Origin: Lachnospiraceae bacterium
Lineage (GTDB): Bacteria > Bacillota > Clostridia > Lachnospirales > Anaerotignaceae
Direction of reading: 5' to 3'
DNA length: 41,087 bases
Assembly (NCBI GenBank): GCA_015057875.1
Contig: SVDG01000001.1
Location: forward strand, 1 to 41,087
The number at the start of each line of letters is the position of its first letter. The first letter of the stretch is position 1. Below are positions 26,820 to 36,327 of the stretch, piece after piece. The notes under the pieces are model-generated. The model saw nothing but the letters and a program-made list of their open reading frames with translations. It made no database searches and had not been told where the DNA came from. The position numbers and the translations under genes were made by a program.

Positions 26820-28730
26820 ATGGCATTTGAATACCTCACAAATATCCCTCTCGATAAAGCAAAAAAAGATTATGCGGATATCTTGAAGGATAACGGCTTT
26901 ATGGCAAAAAAAGAAACCGTACCCGTTCCTTTTTCTTCAGGCAGGGTCACCGCATCTCCTGTTTATGCATCAATCTGTGCCCCTCACTATCCGGCAAGTG
27001 CTATGGATGGTATAGCCGTATCGGCTTCATCTACCTTCGGTGCAGGAGAAACAACACCCGTTATCCTTGATAAAAGCTCTTTTATAGTTGTAGATACAGG
27101 TGATCCTATACCCGAAAATATGGATGCCGTAATTATGATAGAAGATATCGTATGGCTTGAAGACGGAAGTGCAAAAATATTTGCCCCCGCTTCCCCCTGG
27201 CAGCATATCCGCCAGATAGGTGAGGATATATGTGCAGGCGAGATGATACTTGCATCAAATATGAAAATATCCCCCTCCGCTGTAGGTGCAATGCTTGCAG
27301 GAGGTGTTATGGAGGTCGATGTAATTAAAATGCCCGTTGTAGGCATAATCCCTACAGGGGACGAAATAGTGCCTCCTACACCAGACCCTGCACCCGGAGA
27401 TATAATAGAATTCAATTCGTCAATTTTTTCTTCAATGTTAAGGCAGTGGGATGCACAGCCTTATACCTTTCCCATCATACCTGACAAGTTTGACGAAATA
27501 AAAGCTGCCGTGGAAGAAGCACTTGAAAAATGTGATATAGTAATTCTTAACGCCGGTTCATCGGCAGGCAGAGAAGACTTTTCAACAGAAGTTATAAAAT
27601 CTGTCGGAAATGTTCTTTACCACGGAATAGCAATAAAACCGGGTAAACCCGCTATCCTCGGATATAAAAACGGAAAACCCATTTTAGGTGTTCCCGGATA
27701 TCCCGTTTCGGGAATACTCGTAATAGAGCAATTTTTAAAACCTATAATAGAAAACTGGTATAACTGTTCTGTAACAAAGGATGTTTACAGAAAAGCTGTT
27801 CTTTCAAAAACCGTAGTATCAGGGCTTAAATATGAGGAGTTTGTTCGCGTACGCCTTGGTATGGTAAACGGAAAACTTGTTGCTTCTCCTCTTAACAGAG
27901 GAAGCGGTGTTGTTTCATCGTTTATGAAGGCAGACGGAATTTTAGAGATACCCCAGGGCGTTGAAGGCTATGAAGCCGGCGAAGAAGTTGATATCCGTCT
28001 TTTACGCGAGGAAAAAGAGCTTGCAAACACCCTTGTTGCCATAGGCAGCCACGATCCTCTGCTTGATGAAATAATGGATATGCTCCATAGTGTCGACAAT
28101 TCATTATTTATGAGTTCATCTCACACAGGCTCTATGGGCGGAATAATGGCAGTTAAAAGAAAAGAAACCCATATAGCAGGCGTGCATCTTCTTGACGAAA
28201 ATGACGGAACCTATAATTTTTCCTATATAAAAAAATTCTTCCCCGCAGGCGGTGTGCGTCTTGTTGAATGCGTCGAGCGTACACAGGGACTTATGCTTAA
28301 AGAAGGCAACCCTCTTGGGATAAACACAATATCTGACCTTACAAAAAGCGGAGTACGCTTTGTAAACCGCCAGAAGGGTTCCGGCACACGCATACTGACA
28401 GACTATTTATGCAAAAAAGAAAACATAGACACATCTTCAATTTATGGCTACGGCAGAGAGGAGTTTACTCACACCTCTGTTGCTGCACAGATAGCATCCG
28501 ACACAGCTGATGCAGGTATGGGAATATACTCCGCCGCAAAACTCTACGGCTTAGATTTTGTGCCTGTGTGTATGGAACAGTATGACCTGCTTATACCCGA
28601 TAGTGCATGGGATACACCTATGGTTCAAAAGCTTATAGAAATACTTAAAAGCAAAGAATTCCATGACCGTCTTACAGCCCTTGGCGGCTACAGACTTACT
28701 GACCCCGGAAAAGTAAGGGAGCATTTCTGA
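26820..28730 (+). CDS. MoeA fused to a C-terminal periplasmic-binding-protein-like (oxyanion-binding type) domain
   Basis: The MoeA core has ASAMDGIAV, PTGDEI and NAGSSAGRED. It is followed at about aa 400-639 by a PBP-like domain (GSHDP...GSMGG...NRQKGSGTR). The ATG at 26820 has better RBS spacing than 26811. Confidence 0.85.
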   Translation: MAFEYLTNIPLDKAKKDYADILKDNGFMAKKETVPVPFSSGRVTASPVYASICAPHYPASAMDGIAVSASSTFGAGETTPVILDKSSFIVVDTGDPIPENMDAVIMIEDIVWLEDGSAKIFAPASPWQHIRQIGEDICAGEMILASNMKISPSAVGAMLAGGVMEVDVIKMPVVGIIPTGDEIVPPTPDPAPGDIIEFNSSIFSSMLRQWDAQPYTFPIIPDKFDEIKAAVEEALEKCDIVILNAGSSAGREDFSTEVIKSVGNVLYHGIAIKPGKPAILGYKNGKPILGVPGYPVSGILVIEQFLKPIIENWYNCSVTKDVYRKAVLSKTVVSGLKYEEFVRVRLGMVNGKLVASPLNRGSGVVSSFMKADGILEIPQGVEGYEAGEEVDIRLLREEKELANTLVAIGSHDPLLDEIMDMLHSVDNSLFMSSSHTGSMGGIMAVKRKETHIAGVHLLDENDGTYNFSYIKKFFPAGGVRLVECVERTQGLMLKEGNPLGINTISDLTKSGVRFVNRQKGSGTRILTDYLCKKENIDTSSIYGYGREEFTHTSVAAQIASDTADAGMGIYSAAKLYGLDFVPVCMEQYDLLIPDSAWDTPMVQKLIEILKSKEFHDRLTALGGYRLTDPGKVREHF

Positions 28731-28731
28731 T

Positions 28732-30120
28732 ATGAAAAAAATAGATGTACTGGTAATTGGCGCAGGGCTTTTAGGATGTTTCAGTGCCCGTGCCTTGGCA
28801 CAGACAACATTAAGCACCCTTGTTGTAGAAAAAAATAATGATGTATGCACAGGTATATCAAAAGCAAACTCAGGTATCATCTATGCAGGTATACACACGA
28901 CCCCCGATACCTTAAAGGCCGAACTATGCGTAAAAGGCTGTATAGAATTTGACAGTCTTTGCAAAGAGCTTGATGTCCCCTTCAAACGCACAGGCTCCAT
29001 TATGGTATGCACAGGAAAAAAGGCAGAAAAAAAGATGCTCGAAAGATATGAGCAGGGTATCAGAAACGGAGTAAGAGGCCTTAAGTTGCTTACAAAAGAA
29101 GAAGTGCTTGAAAAAGAGCCCTGTCTTACCTGCAATATAACAAGCGGACTTTTCGTTCCCGACACAGGAACGGTAAATCCCTGGGAGCTTTGCATTGCCG
29201 CCTACGAAAACGCACGCGATAACGGAGTAAATTTTAGCTTTAATGAGGAAGTTTTATCAATAAACCGCAAAGACTACGGATTTATTGTAAAAACAAATAA
29301 GGATGTATACCTTACCCGCACTATTGCAAACTGTGCAGGTCTTGAAGCAGACAGCATACACTCTCTTGCAGAGCCTTCTCCCGTTATGGTAGAAAAAAAC
29401 GGTGCAGATTATCTGGTTTTTGATACTACCACAAAACCCAGACCTGAGCATATCATCTTCCAGGAAAATGATAACGGCAAGGGCATAACCCTTATACCTA
29501 CCGTTGACGGAAATATACTTGCAGGACCTACGGAGCGTCCTTCAGAAGACATTGAAGATTTTTCAACTACATCAGAAGGCCTTGAGGAGCTTTATTCCAT
29601 GTTAAATGAAACAGTTCCCACCCTTCCGCTTAACAAGATCATCCGTTCCTTTGGTGCAACAAGACCTAACCCATATTTTACCGATAAAAAGGATAAAGCC
29701 ATATACGGCTTTACTGTGATCGAAGCAGACGGACTTTTCAGCCTGATAGGTATAAAAACTCCGGGCCTTACCTGTTCAAAAGGTCTCGGCGAGGTAATGG
29801 CAGATAAAATATGCACTTTCCTCGGCCATGTCGAAAAAAATCCCGATTTCTATCCCATACGCAAAGGCATCAACCCCGTAAAAGAAATGGATATGACTGA
29901 AAGGAACAAACTGATAAAAAAAGATCCCTCCTACGGCGAAATAGTATGTAAATGTCAAGAAATAACAAAGGGTGAAATAATAGAAGCCGTTAAACGTGGT
30001 GCAGCAACCCCGGAAGCTGTTAAACGCCGCACAGGTACATCCATGGGACGATGTCAGGGCAGCAGATGCAACCACATAATAGAAGACATAATTTCAGAGG
30101 TAACAGATGAAAAATGTTGA
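28732..30120 (+). CDS. FAD-dependent oxidoreductase, GlpA/LhgO-like, with a C-terminal BFD-like [2Fe-2S] domain
   Basis: The N-terminal fingerprint is DVLVIGAGLLG. The C-terminus CKCQEITKGEI...GTSMGRCQGSRC is BFD-like. The ATG is 1 nt after the moeA-fusion stop. Confidence 0.8.
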   Translation: MKKIDVLVIGAGLLGCFSARALAQTTLSTLVVEKNNDVCTGISKANSGIIYAGIHTTPDTLKAELCVKGCIEFDSLCKELDVPFKRTGSIMVCTGKKAEKKMLERYEQGIRNGVRGLKLLTKEEVLEKEPCLTCNITSGLFVPDTGTVNPWELCIAAYENARDNGVNFSFNEEVLSINRKDYGFIVKTNKDVYLTRTIANCAGLEADSIHSLAEPSPVMVEKNGADYLVFDTTTKPRPEHIIFQENDNGKGITLIPTVDGNILAGPTERPSEDIEDFSTTSEGLEELYSMLNETVPTLPLNKIIRSFGATRPNPYFTDKKDKAIYGFTVIEADGLFSLIGIKTPGLTCSKGLGEVMADKICTFLGHVEKNPDFYPIRKGINPVKEMDMTERNKLIKKDPSYGEIVCKCQEITKGEIIEAVKRGAATPEAVKRRTGTSMGRCQGSRCNHIIEDIISEVTDEKC

Positions 30121-30991
30121 TATTTTAATAATAGGCGGAGGTGCCGCAGGAATGAGTGCGGCTATATCTGCCTGCAAAAAAGGTAAAAAAGTGATCCTTG
30201 CTGACGAAAACAAAGTTTTAGGCGGTATACTTAATCAATGCATACATACCGGTTTTGGTTTAAGCTATTTTAAAGAAGACCTTACAGGTGTTGAATATGC
30301 AGACCGTCTTTATACTATGCTTAAAAACACAGACGCCGAAATATTTATCGAAACAACCGTGATCAAAATTTCAGAGGATAGATCCGCCCTTTTAAGCAAC
30401 AAAAATGGCATAACAAAAGTTTCTTTTAAACATCTTATGCTTGCAACAGGATGTATTGAAAAAACCATAGGTTCTCTTCCCGTAAGCGGAACAAGGCCAA
30501 AAGGCATATTCACCGCAGGCGAAGCACAGAGAATAATAAATATCGATCATAAAGATGTAGGTGACGATATAGTTATATTGGGAAGCGGAGATATAGGCCA
30601 GATAATGGCAAGACGTTTCAGGATACTTGGCAAAAATGTAATAGCTATGGTTGAGATAAATGACCATCTCGGTGGGCTTAAGCTTAACCACAAAAGATGT
30701 ATTGAAGCCTACGATATACCCTATATACTGAACTCCACTGTGGACGAAGTTGTAGGAAAAGATTATATAGAGGGTGTATGGATAAAAAACATTAAAACAA
30801 ACGAAAGACTTCTTATACCATGCCACACCCTGATAACCGCCATAGGTCTTACCCCTGACAGAAGCCTTATTGAGGATTTTGAGGATATACCTCAATGGAT
30901 AACTCTTTGTGGTAACAGCGACTATGTTCACGAGATAGTTGATGCCGTAAGTATGCAGGCAGAAGAAAAAATAAACGATCTGTATAAATAA
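30107..30991 (+). CDS. FAD/NAD(P)-dependent pyridine nucleotide-disulfide-type oxidoreductase (short, 294 aa)
   Basis: DILIIGGGAAGMSAA and a second dinucleotide fold, IVILGSGDIG. It overlaps the preceding gene by 14 nt. Confidence 0.75.
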   Translation: MKNVDILIIGGGAAGMSAAISACKKGKKVILADENKVLGGILNQCIHTGFGLSYFKEDLTGVEYADRLYTMLKNTDAEIFIETTVIKISEDRSALLSNKNGITKVSFKHLMLATGCIEKTIGSLPVSGTRPKGIFTAGEAQRIINIDHKDVGDDIVILGSGDIGQIMARRFRILGKNVIAMVEINDHLGGLKLNHKRCIEAYDIPYILNSTVDEVVGKDYIEGVWIKNIKTNERLLIPCHTLITAIGLTPDRSLIEDFEDIPQWITLCGNSDYVHEIVDAVSMQAEEKINDLYK

Positions 30992-31030
30992 AAAAGACTG
31001 ATGAACACAAATCCATCAGTCTTTTATTTT
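30992..31030. terminator. Bidirectional terminator between the convergent oxidoreductase and lipid kinase genes
   Basis: AGACTGATG ... CATCAGTCT with an A-run and a T-run on either side. Confidence 0.8.
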
Positions 31031-31931
31031 ATTTTTCAGGAACTATAAATCTGAAAGCCTTTGGTACATTTACAGCTTTAATACGGGTAAACTCCCTTAT
31101 CTCGCCATCTGTGCTTATGTTTACGGGCTCTTTTGCCAATATCTCAACTGAATCATATTTTTCATATATTACCTTTTTCTTTGCAAAGTTTGTTTTAAGG
31201 TATGTTCCTGTTTTGTAACTGGGGAGAAGAGTTACAAATCTGGGTCTTGAAAGCATTTTAACAATACCTACATCAATAAGCCCGTCATCAAGAGCTGCCT
31301 CAGGCGAAGATTTAAAGCCGCCGCCGCAGAAGCAACCGTTTGCAAGGGTACAAAGAAGAAATTTACCGCTTATCATTTTCCCGTCACCAAAGCGGAAAGA
31401 GAGCTTTTTGCCCATAGGCTTAACAAACATTTCCGCAACACCGCATACATAGGCCATCGTTCCCGTAACAAAAGGGCGTTTTTTCCACTCAGCAGCCTTC
31501 TCCGCCGCATCGCAATCAAAACCTATGTTGGCCATATTTACTATATATCTTCCGTTTATATCTATAACATCGCAAGGCATACTTTTGCCTCTTATCTGTG
31601 CCTTTATATCAAGAAAACTTTCTTTTTTATCAAAATTTCTAATAAAGTCATTTCCCGTACCGACAGGTATAACTCCTATTTCTGCATCAGGATAACCTTT
31701 TGCACCATTCACAGCTTCATGAAGACTTCCATCTCCGCCGCAGGCATAAAAACGCACATCGCTTCTTTCTGCAAGGGTTTCGCTTACAAAACGCTCTGCA
31801 TCGCCCTTTGCCTTTGTTATATAGATGCTGTATGTAATGCCTGTATCCATAAGCAGTTTATCTATTTGAGGAATAAGCTTAACAGCTCTTCCCTGACCCG
31901 CAAACGGATTGATGATAAAAATATGTTCCAT
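31029..31931 (-). CDS. Diacylglycerol/lipid kinase (YegS/DagK family)
   Basis: FIINPFAGQG, ACGGDGSLHEAVNG and IPVGTGNDF motifs. The ATG at 31931 follows GGAGAG. An in-frame ATG at 31943 is the alternative start. Confidence 0.9.
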   Translation of the reverse strand: MEHIFIINPFAGQGRAVKLIPQIDKLLMDTGITYSIYITKAKGDAERFVSETLAERSDVRFYACGGDGSLHEAVNGAKGYPDAEIGVIPVGTGNDFIRNFDKKESFLDIKAQIRGKSMPCDVIDINGRYIVNMANIGFDCDAAEKAAEWKKRPFVTGTMAYVCGVAEMFVKPMGKKLSFRFGDGKMISGKFLLCTLANGCFCGGGFKSSPEAALDDGLIDVGIVKMLSRPRFVTLLPSYKTGTYLKTNFAKKKVIYEKYDSVEILAKEPVNISTDGEIREFTRIKAVNVPKAFRFIVPEK

Positions 31932-31961
31932 AAAACTCTCCATTTAATTCCGACTTATTGT

Positions 31962-32819
31962 TTAAAACTTACCGCTTCTTCCGGAGAAGCTGCCTCCGCT
32001 TCTTCCTCCACCCATACGGATGCCTCCGCTTGAGCTGTTATTGGTCTTTATCCTGTTACGCACCTGTGTGGTATGGGTAAATATATCACTTCTTTCAGAA
32101 AGCTTAAAACCATCCCTTGATATATATGTACGTATACTTCCGCCTTTATAAACGGATTTCATCTGGCCCTTGAATATAAGGCATACTATAAGTGCGATCA
32201 TACAGGGAATACCGATTATCATAAATACTCCTACTATCCCCCAGCCTTCATCCGCTGTTGATTCATAATATTCATAATCGTAATCGGTTGCATCGGAATA
32301 GCTGCTTTCATAATCATCAGGTATATAAGCGGCATTTCCTTCAAGTATGTATTCGCATGCATCTATATAGTCATAAAAGCCTTCATACCAGTTGTTATCG
32401 GCAAAGTCATCAAGCATTTCATCACATACTATATCAAGTGCATAGTTATCAAACAGCCCCGACGTATTCTCTCCCGAAACAACAAGGGTATAGTCCCTTT
32501 CTTCCATACTTAACACAAGCAGTATACCTGCATACTCATCACCCTTGCCAAGCTCATAGGAAAGATAATATTCCCTTCCGAAATCGTAGATATCGCTGTA
32601 TCCGTATTGTGTATGGTCATCTGTAACACAGATATAAACACCGCAGTTATATGTATCGGAAACATCTGATGCCTTCGCATTTATCTCCTGTATTTCAGTG
32701 CTTGTTAAAAGCCCGGCCTCATCATATACATATTCATAGCTTTCATCTGCAAAAACGGCTGTATTAAGGCCAAGCACGAGGCACAGGACCATGATAAAAC
32801 TAAAAATCTTTTTTCTCAT
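31962..32819 (-). CDS. TPM-domain (YgcG/YdjH, UPF0603-like) membrane protein with a Gly-rich C-terminal tail
   Basis: A signal peptide, then YVYDEAGLLTSTEIQEINAK (the TPM N-terminal signature), a single TM (GVFMIIGIPCMIALIVCLIF) and the tail SSSGGIRMGGGRSGGSFSGRSGKF. Confidence 0.8.
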   Translation of the reverse strand: MRKKIFSFIMVLCLVLGLNTAVFADESYEYVYDEAGLLTSTEIQEINAKASDVSDTYNCGVYICVTDDHTQYGYSDIYDFGREYYLSYELGKGDEYAGILLVLSMEERDYTLVVSGENTSGLFDNYALDIVCDEMLDDFADNNWYEGFYDYIDACEYILEGNAAYIPDDYESSYSDATDYDYEYYESTADEGWGIVGVFMIIGIPCMIALIVCLIFKGQMKSVYKGGSIRTYISRDGFKLSERSDIFTHTTQVRNRIKTNNSSSGGIRMGGGRSGGSFSGRSGKF

Positions 32820-32831
32820 ATCCGCACCCCC

Positions 32832-33938
32832 TTATATAAAAAGCATAACTACAGCAAGTATAACCATAAGCGGTATTGCGATAGCAAAGAAATATGCCCA
32901 GAATTTTTTCCAGTTTATAGGAAGATCACCTACAAGTTTTCCTGTCTGACCATTCATAGTAAAAAGATAATTCTGTCCATTCCATTTTGTACAAAGCACC
33001 CATACAGGAAGCAAAGCATATTCCGCCTTATTTCTTTTTATGTTTACATTTTTGCCAACAGTAACGCATGTGAGATATCCTGTCACCGTTCCCCTTAAAC
33101 ATTCCAAAGCGGTTTGCTCAATGCGTGTTTCCGCCCTCTTGATGCTTTCATCTGAATTAACATCATACTTATCCGCAAAATATCCCGGAAGATAAGCTGT
33201 TGAAAAAGGCTTAAGCTCGTTGTAATCATACGGTTCAATGGAATCCATATACTCATCAGGCATTTTGCTTGACGCATCTACAGGAACTTTTTCAAAGGGT
33301 ATATTCCCTCTTCTTTTTACAGTAAAATGCTGTGTTGTAACTACTTCATAATTTCCTTGTCTGTGTGTAAAGGAACGGGTAGTCTTATATATTGCCTGTG
33401 CGTCAGCCTCTCCGTTAAACAGCCAGAACGGCACATAAACTCCCTTTACCTCTTCAATATGATTATCTTCCGTAAAAGCCTTGGGCAAAAGTTTTTTACC
33501 CTTATAGTGGTTTTTAAGGGCCTCAACAGCCGCTTTTTTATCATATTTAAAGGGTATAATATAATCCGGTTTAAGTATTCCGCTTACCTTGCCGGAAACC
33601 ACGGTAGGATTGTCGCAATAAGGGCAGTTTGTTGCAACCGTATGCTCATCACATATAAGCTCGGCACCACAGCTTGGACAGTTATAAGCCACAAGCCCTT
33701 CTTCCACAGCCCAATCGCTTTCGCCTGACTCAAAATCCCATTCGCCTTCCGATCCTTTTTCCTGTTCATCATTGAGAGCTTTTATAGCTTCCTCTTCCTG
33801 TTTTTTATATATTTCCTCTATCTGTGCCACTTCATAGCTTGTTCCGCAATATTCACACTCAAGCTTCCCGCTGTTCCCAACAAAATGCAAGGGTCCTGTA
33901 CAAGAAGGACATTGATAATTTGTAACTTTTTCCGCCAA
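32832..33938 (-). CDS. Double zinc-ribbon protein with a C-terminal TM anchor (YdjG-like)
   Basis: YQCPSCTGPL...CEYCG and YNCPSCGAEL...CPYCDN ribbons, a ~230-aa soluble domain and a terminal TM. The TTG at 33938 lies 8 nt after GAGGAG. The GTG at 33947 in the ORF track overlaps the RBS. Confidence 0.75.
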   Translation of the reverse strand: MAEKVTNYQCPSCTGPLHFVGNSGKLECEYCGTSYEVAQIEEIYKKQEEEAIKALNDEQEKGSEGEWDFESGESDWAVEEGLVAYNCPSCGAELICDEHTVATNCPYCDNPTVVSGKVSGILKPDYIIPFKYDKKAAVEALKNHYKGKKLLPKAFTEDNHIEEVKGVYVPFWLFNGEADAQAIYKTTRSFTHRQGNYEVVTTQHFTVKRRGNIPFEKVPVDASSKMPDEYMDSIEPYDYNELKPFSTAYLPGYFADKYDVNSDESIKRAETRIEQTALECLRGTVTGYLTCVTVGKNVNIKRNKAEYALLPVWVLCTKWNGQNYLFTMNGQTGKLVGDLPINWKKFWAYFFAIAIPLMVILAVVMLFI

Positions 33939-34080
33939 ACAAATCACTCCTCAGAGAATCTATTTAGGTATAAGACTTATAACACTTCTTATCTATCCTA
34001 TGTTCTTAGTTTACAATGTTTATGTCCATTAAGGCAACTGTTTTAATTTAATATTTCACTGATATTCCTCAAATTATAAC

Positions 34081-34106
34081 AAAAGCCCCGTTCAGGGGCT
34101 TTTTTA
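34081..34106. terminator. Terminator after gap
   Basis: AAAAGCCCC GTTCA GGGGCTTTTTT. Confidence 0.8.
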
Positions 34107-34112
34107 AAAACA

Positions 34113-35114
34113 TTATAAATTAGCCATATGTTTTGCTACTCTTATCATCTGGCATGTAAATGAGTTTTCATTGTCATACCATGCTGACACCTTAACGAGA
34201 GTATCCTCTCCCATTTCCATAGCCTTTGTCTGTGTTGAATCAAAAAGTCCGCCGTAAGTCATGCCAATAATATCTGATGAAACAAGCATCTCATCTGTAT
34301 AACCATAGTATTCACTCTGGCTTGCTTTCATTTTTTCATTTACATCATCAGCTGTGACTTTTCCTTCAACCACAGCAACAAGCTCTGTAAGTGAGCCTGT
34401 CATAACGGGCACCCTCTGGCTTGTTCCATCAAGCTTTCCGTCAAGCTCAGGAATTACCATACCGATAGCCTTTGCCGCACCTGTTGTTGTGGGGATGATA
34501 TTTCCGGCTGCAGAACGTGCACGGCGAAGGTCCCCCTTTCTGTGAGGTCCGTCAAGTGTATTCTGGTCATTTGTATAGGCGTGTATCGTTGTCATAAAAC
34601 CACGTTTGATAGGTGCAAGCTGGTTAAGATAAAAAGCTATCGGAGCAAGGCAGTTTGTTGTACAGGAAGCTGAAGAAACGATCAGGTCTTCTGCTTTAAG
34701 TGTACTTTCATTAACTCCATAAACGATAGTAGGTACATCTTTTCCTGCCGCTGTTGATATAAGCACCTTTTTAGCACCAGCATCAATATGAGGCTGTGAC
34801 TTCTCCTTTGATGTAAATAAGCCTGTGCATTCAAGCACAACGTCTATTTCAAGCTCTTTCCAGGGTAAGTTTTCAGGCTTGGGCTCTGCATAAACAGGTA
34901 TTTCAACACCGTCTACAATAATACTGTTTTCTGTATAGCTTATTTCTTTGTTATAACGTCCCTGTGTTGTATCGTATTTTAAAAGATGTGCAAGCATTTT
35001 TGTACTTGTAAGGTCATTTATTGCGGCAATAACACAGTTTTCATCACCAAAAAGCTCACGGAAAGCAAGTCTTCCTATTCTTCCGAATCCATTGATAGCA
35101 AATTTAACACTCAT
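34113..35114 (-). CDS. gap: Type I glyceraldehyde-3-phosphate dehydrogenase
   Basis: INGFGRIGR and SCTTNC motifs. The ATG at 35114 lies 6 nt after AAGGAAGGTG. Confidence 0.95.
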   Translation of the reverse strand: MSVKFAINGFGRIGRLAFRELFGDENCVIAAINDLTSTKMLAHLLKYDTTQGRYNKEISYTENSIIVDGVEIPVYAEPKPENLPWKELEIDVVLECTGLFTSKEKSQPHIDAGAKKVLISTAAGKDVPTIVYGVNESTLKAEDLIVSSASCTTNCLAPIAFYLNQLAPIKRGFMTTIHAYTNDQNTLDGPHRKGDLRRARSAAGNIIPTTTGAAKAIGMVIPELDGKLDGTSQRVPVMTGSLTELVAVVEGKVTADDVNEKMKASQSEYYGYTDEMLVSSDIIGMTYGGLFDSTQTKAMEMGEDTLVKVSAWYDNENSFTCQMIRVAKHMANL

Positions 35115-35275
35115 TTTAAACACCTTCCTTTTTATTTAAAGTTATTTTTTTCTTGTTCAGTTAATAATTATACGTAAAAATATAAAAATTGTTGCTGCAA
35201 AATTAAGATGCAAAAAGGCGCATCGACCTAACGGTGTATACCGAACAGACAATGCGCCTAAAAATCAATTATTTA

Positions 35276-36235
35276 TCAGTCAAAGAGTTTTGAAACTGAA
35301 AGTCCTTCGTGAATACGGTTGATAGCCTCTGCGAAAAGAAGCGCAACTGATAACTCTTTGATCTTAGGGCTTCTCTTTTCTTCAGGTAACTCTATTGTGT
35401 TAAGTACAAGAAGCTCTTCAATAGCTGAATTTTCAATTTTTTCAATAGCTGAACCTGAAAGAACAGCGTGTGTACAACAAGCATAAACAGCTGTTGCTCC
35501 TCTTTCTTTAAGAGCATTTGCAGCATTTGTTATTGTTCCTGCTGTATCTATCATATCATCAACAAGGATAACCTTTTTGCCTTTGAACTCACCAATGATA
35601 TTCATGATCTCGCTGACATTTGCTTTGGGTCTTCTCTTATCAATGATAGCGATCGGGATATCCATTTTTGTTGCAAAGTTTCTTGTTCTGCCAACGCTGC
35701 CGAAGTCAGGAGAAACTGCAACTACATTATCAAGTTCTCCGTCAAATTTTCTTTTATAATAATCTGTAAGGAGAGGTACACCCACAAGATGGTCAACAGG
35801 AATGTCAAAGAAGCCCTGGATCTGTGCACAATGGAGGTCCATTGTAAGCACACGGTTTGCTCCTGCTGATGTTATAAGGTTGGCAACAAGTTTTGCACTG
35901 ATTGGATCCCTTGCAACAGCTTTTCTGTCCTGTCTTGCATATCCGTAGTAAGGCATAACTGCTGTTATTCTTCCTGCTGAAGCTCTCTTCATAGCATCTA
36001 TCATTATAAGAAGCTCCATAAGGTTATCGTTTACGGGGTATGATGTAGGCTGGATGATATAAACGTCAGCGCCACGGATAGTTTCGCGTATTTTAACTGA
36101 GATCTCACCATCGCTGAATTTTGTGACCTCGCTGTCACCAAGGGCAAGGCCAAGGTATTTAGCTACATCTTCCGCTAATTTTTTGTTTGCATTTGCTGCA
36201 AAAATTTTGATATTTCCTCTGCAAGTATACAGCAT
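35276..36235 (-). CDS. prs: Ribose-phosphate pyrophosphokinase
   Basis: [10 protein letters not shown] and the PRPP-binding loop [13 protein letters not shown]. The ATG at 36235 lies 6 nt after GGGAGGA. Confidence 0.95.
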   Translation of the reverse strand: MLYTCRGNIKIFAANANKKLAEDVAKYLGLALGDSEVTKFSDGEISVKIRETIRGADVYIIQPTSYPVNDNLMELLIMIDAMKRASAGRITAVMPYYGYARQDRKAVARDPISAKLVANLITSAGANRVLTMDLHCAQIQGFFDIPVDHLVGVPLLTDYYKRKFDGELDNVVAVSPDFGSVGRTRNFATKMDIPIAIIDKRRPKANVSEIMNIIGEFKGKKVILVDDMIDTAGTITNAANALKERGATAVYACCTHAVLSGSAIEKIENSAIEELLVLNTIELPEEKRSPKIKELSVALLFAEAINRIHEGLSVSKLFD

Positions 36236-36327
36236 GTCAATTCCTCCCAAATACTGTAAATCATTTAAAACAACATATATAATAATGTTACACTATGGTA
36301 CTCTAAAAAACAACCCAAATCCGCAAA

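Noticed and set aside
22727-30991. The tup-moeA-oxidoreductase block as a genomic island integrated at tRNA-Arg.
   Set aside because: I found no repeat of the tRNA 3' end downstream and no integrase. The tRNA has its own promoter and terminator, and the block reads like ordinary metabolic chromosome.
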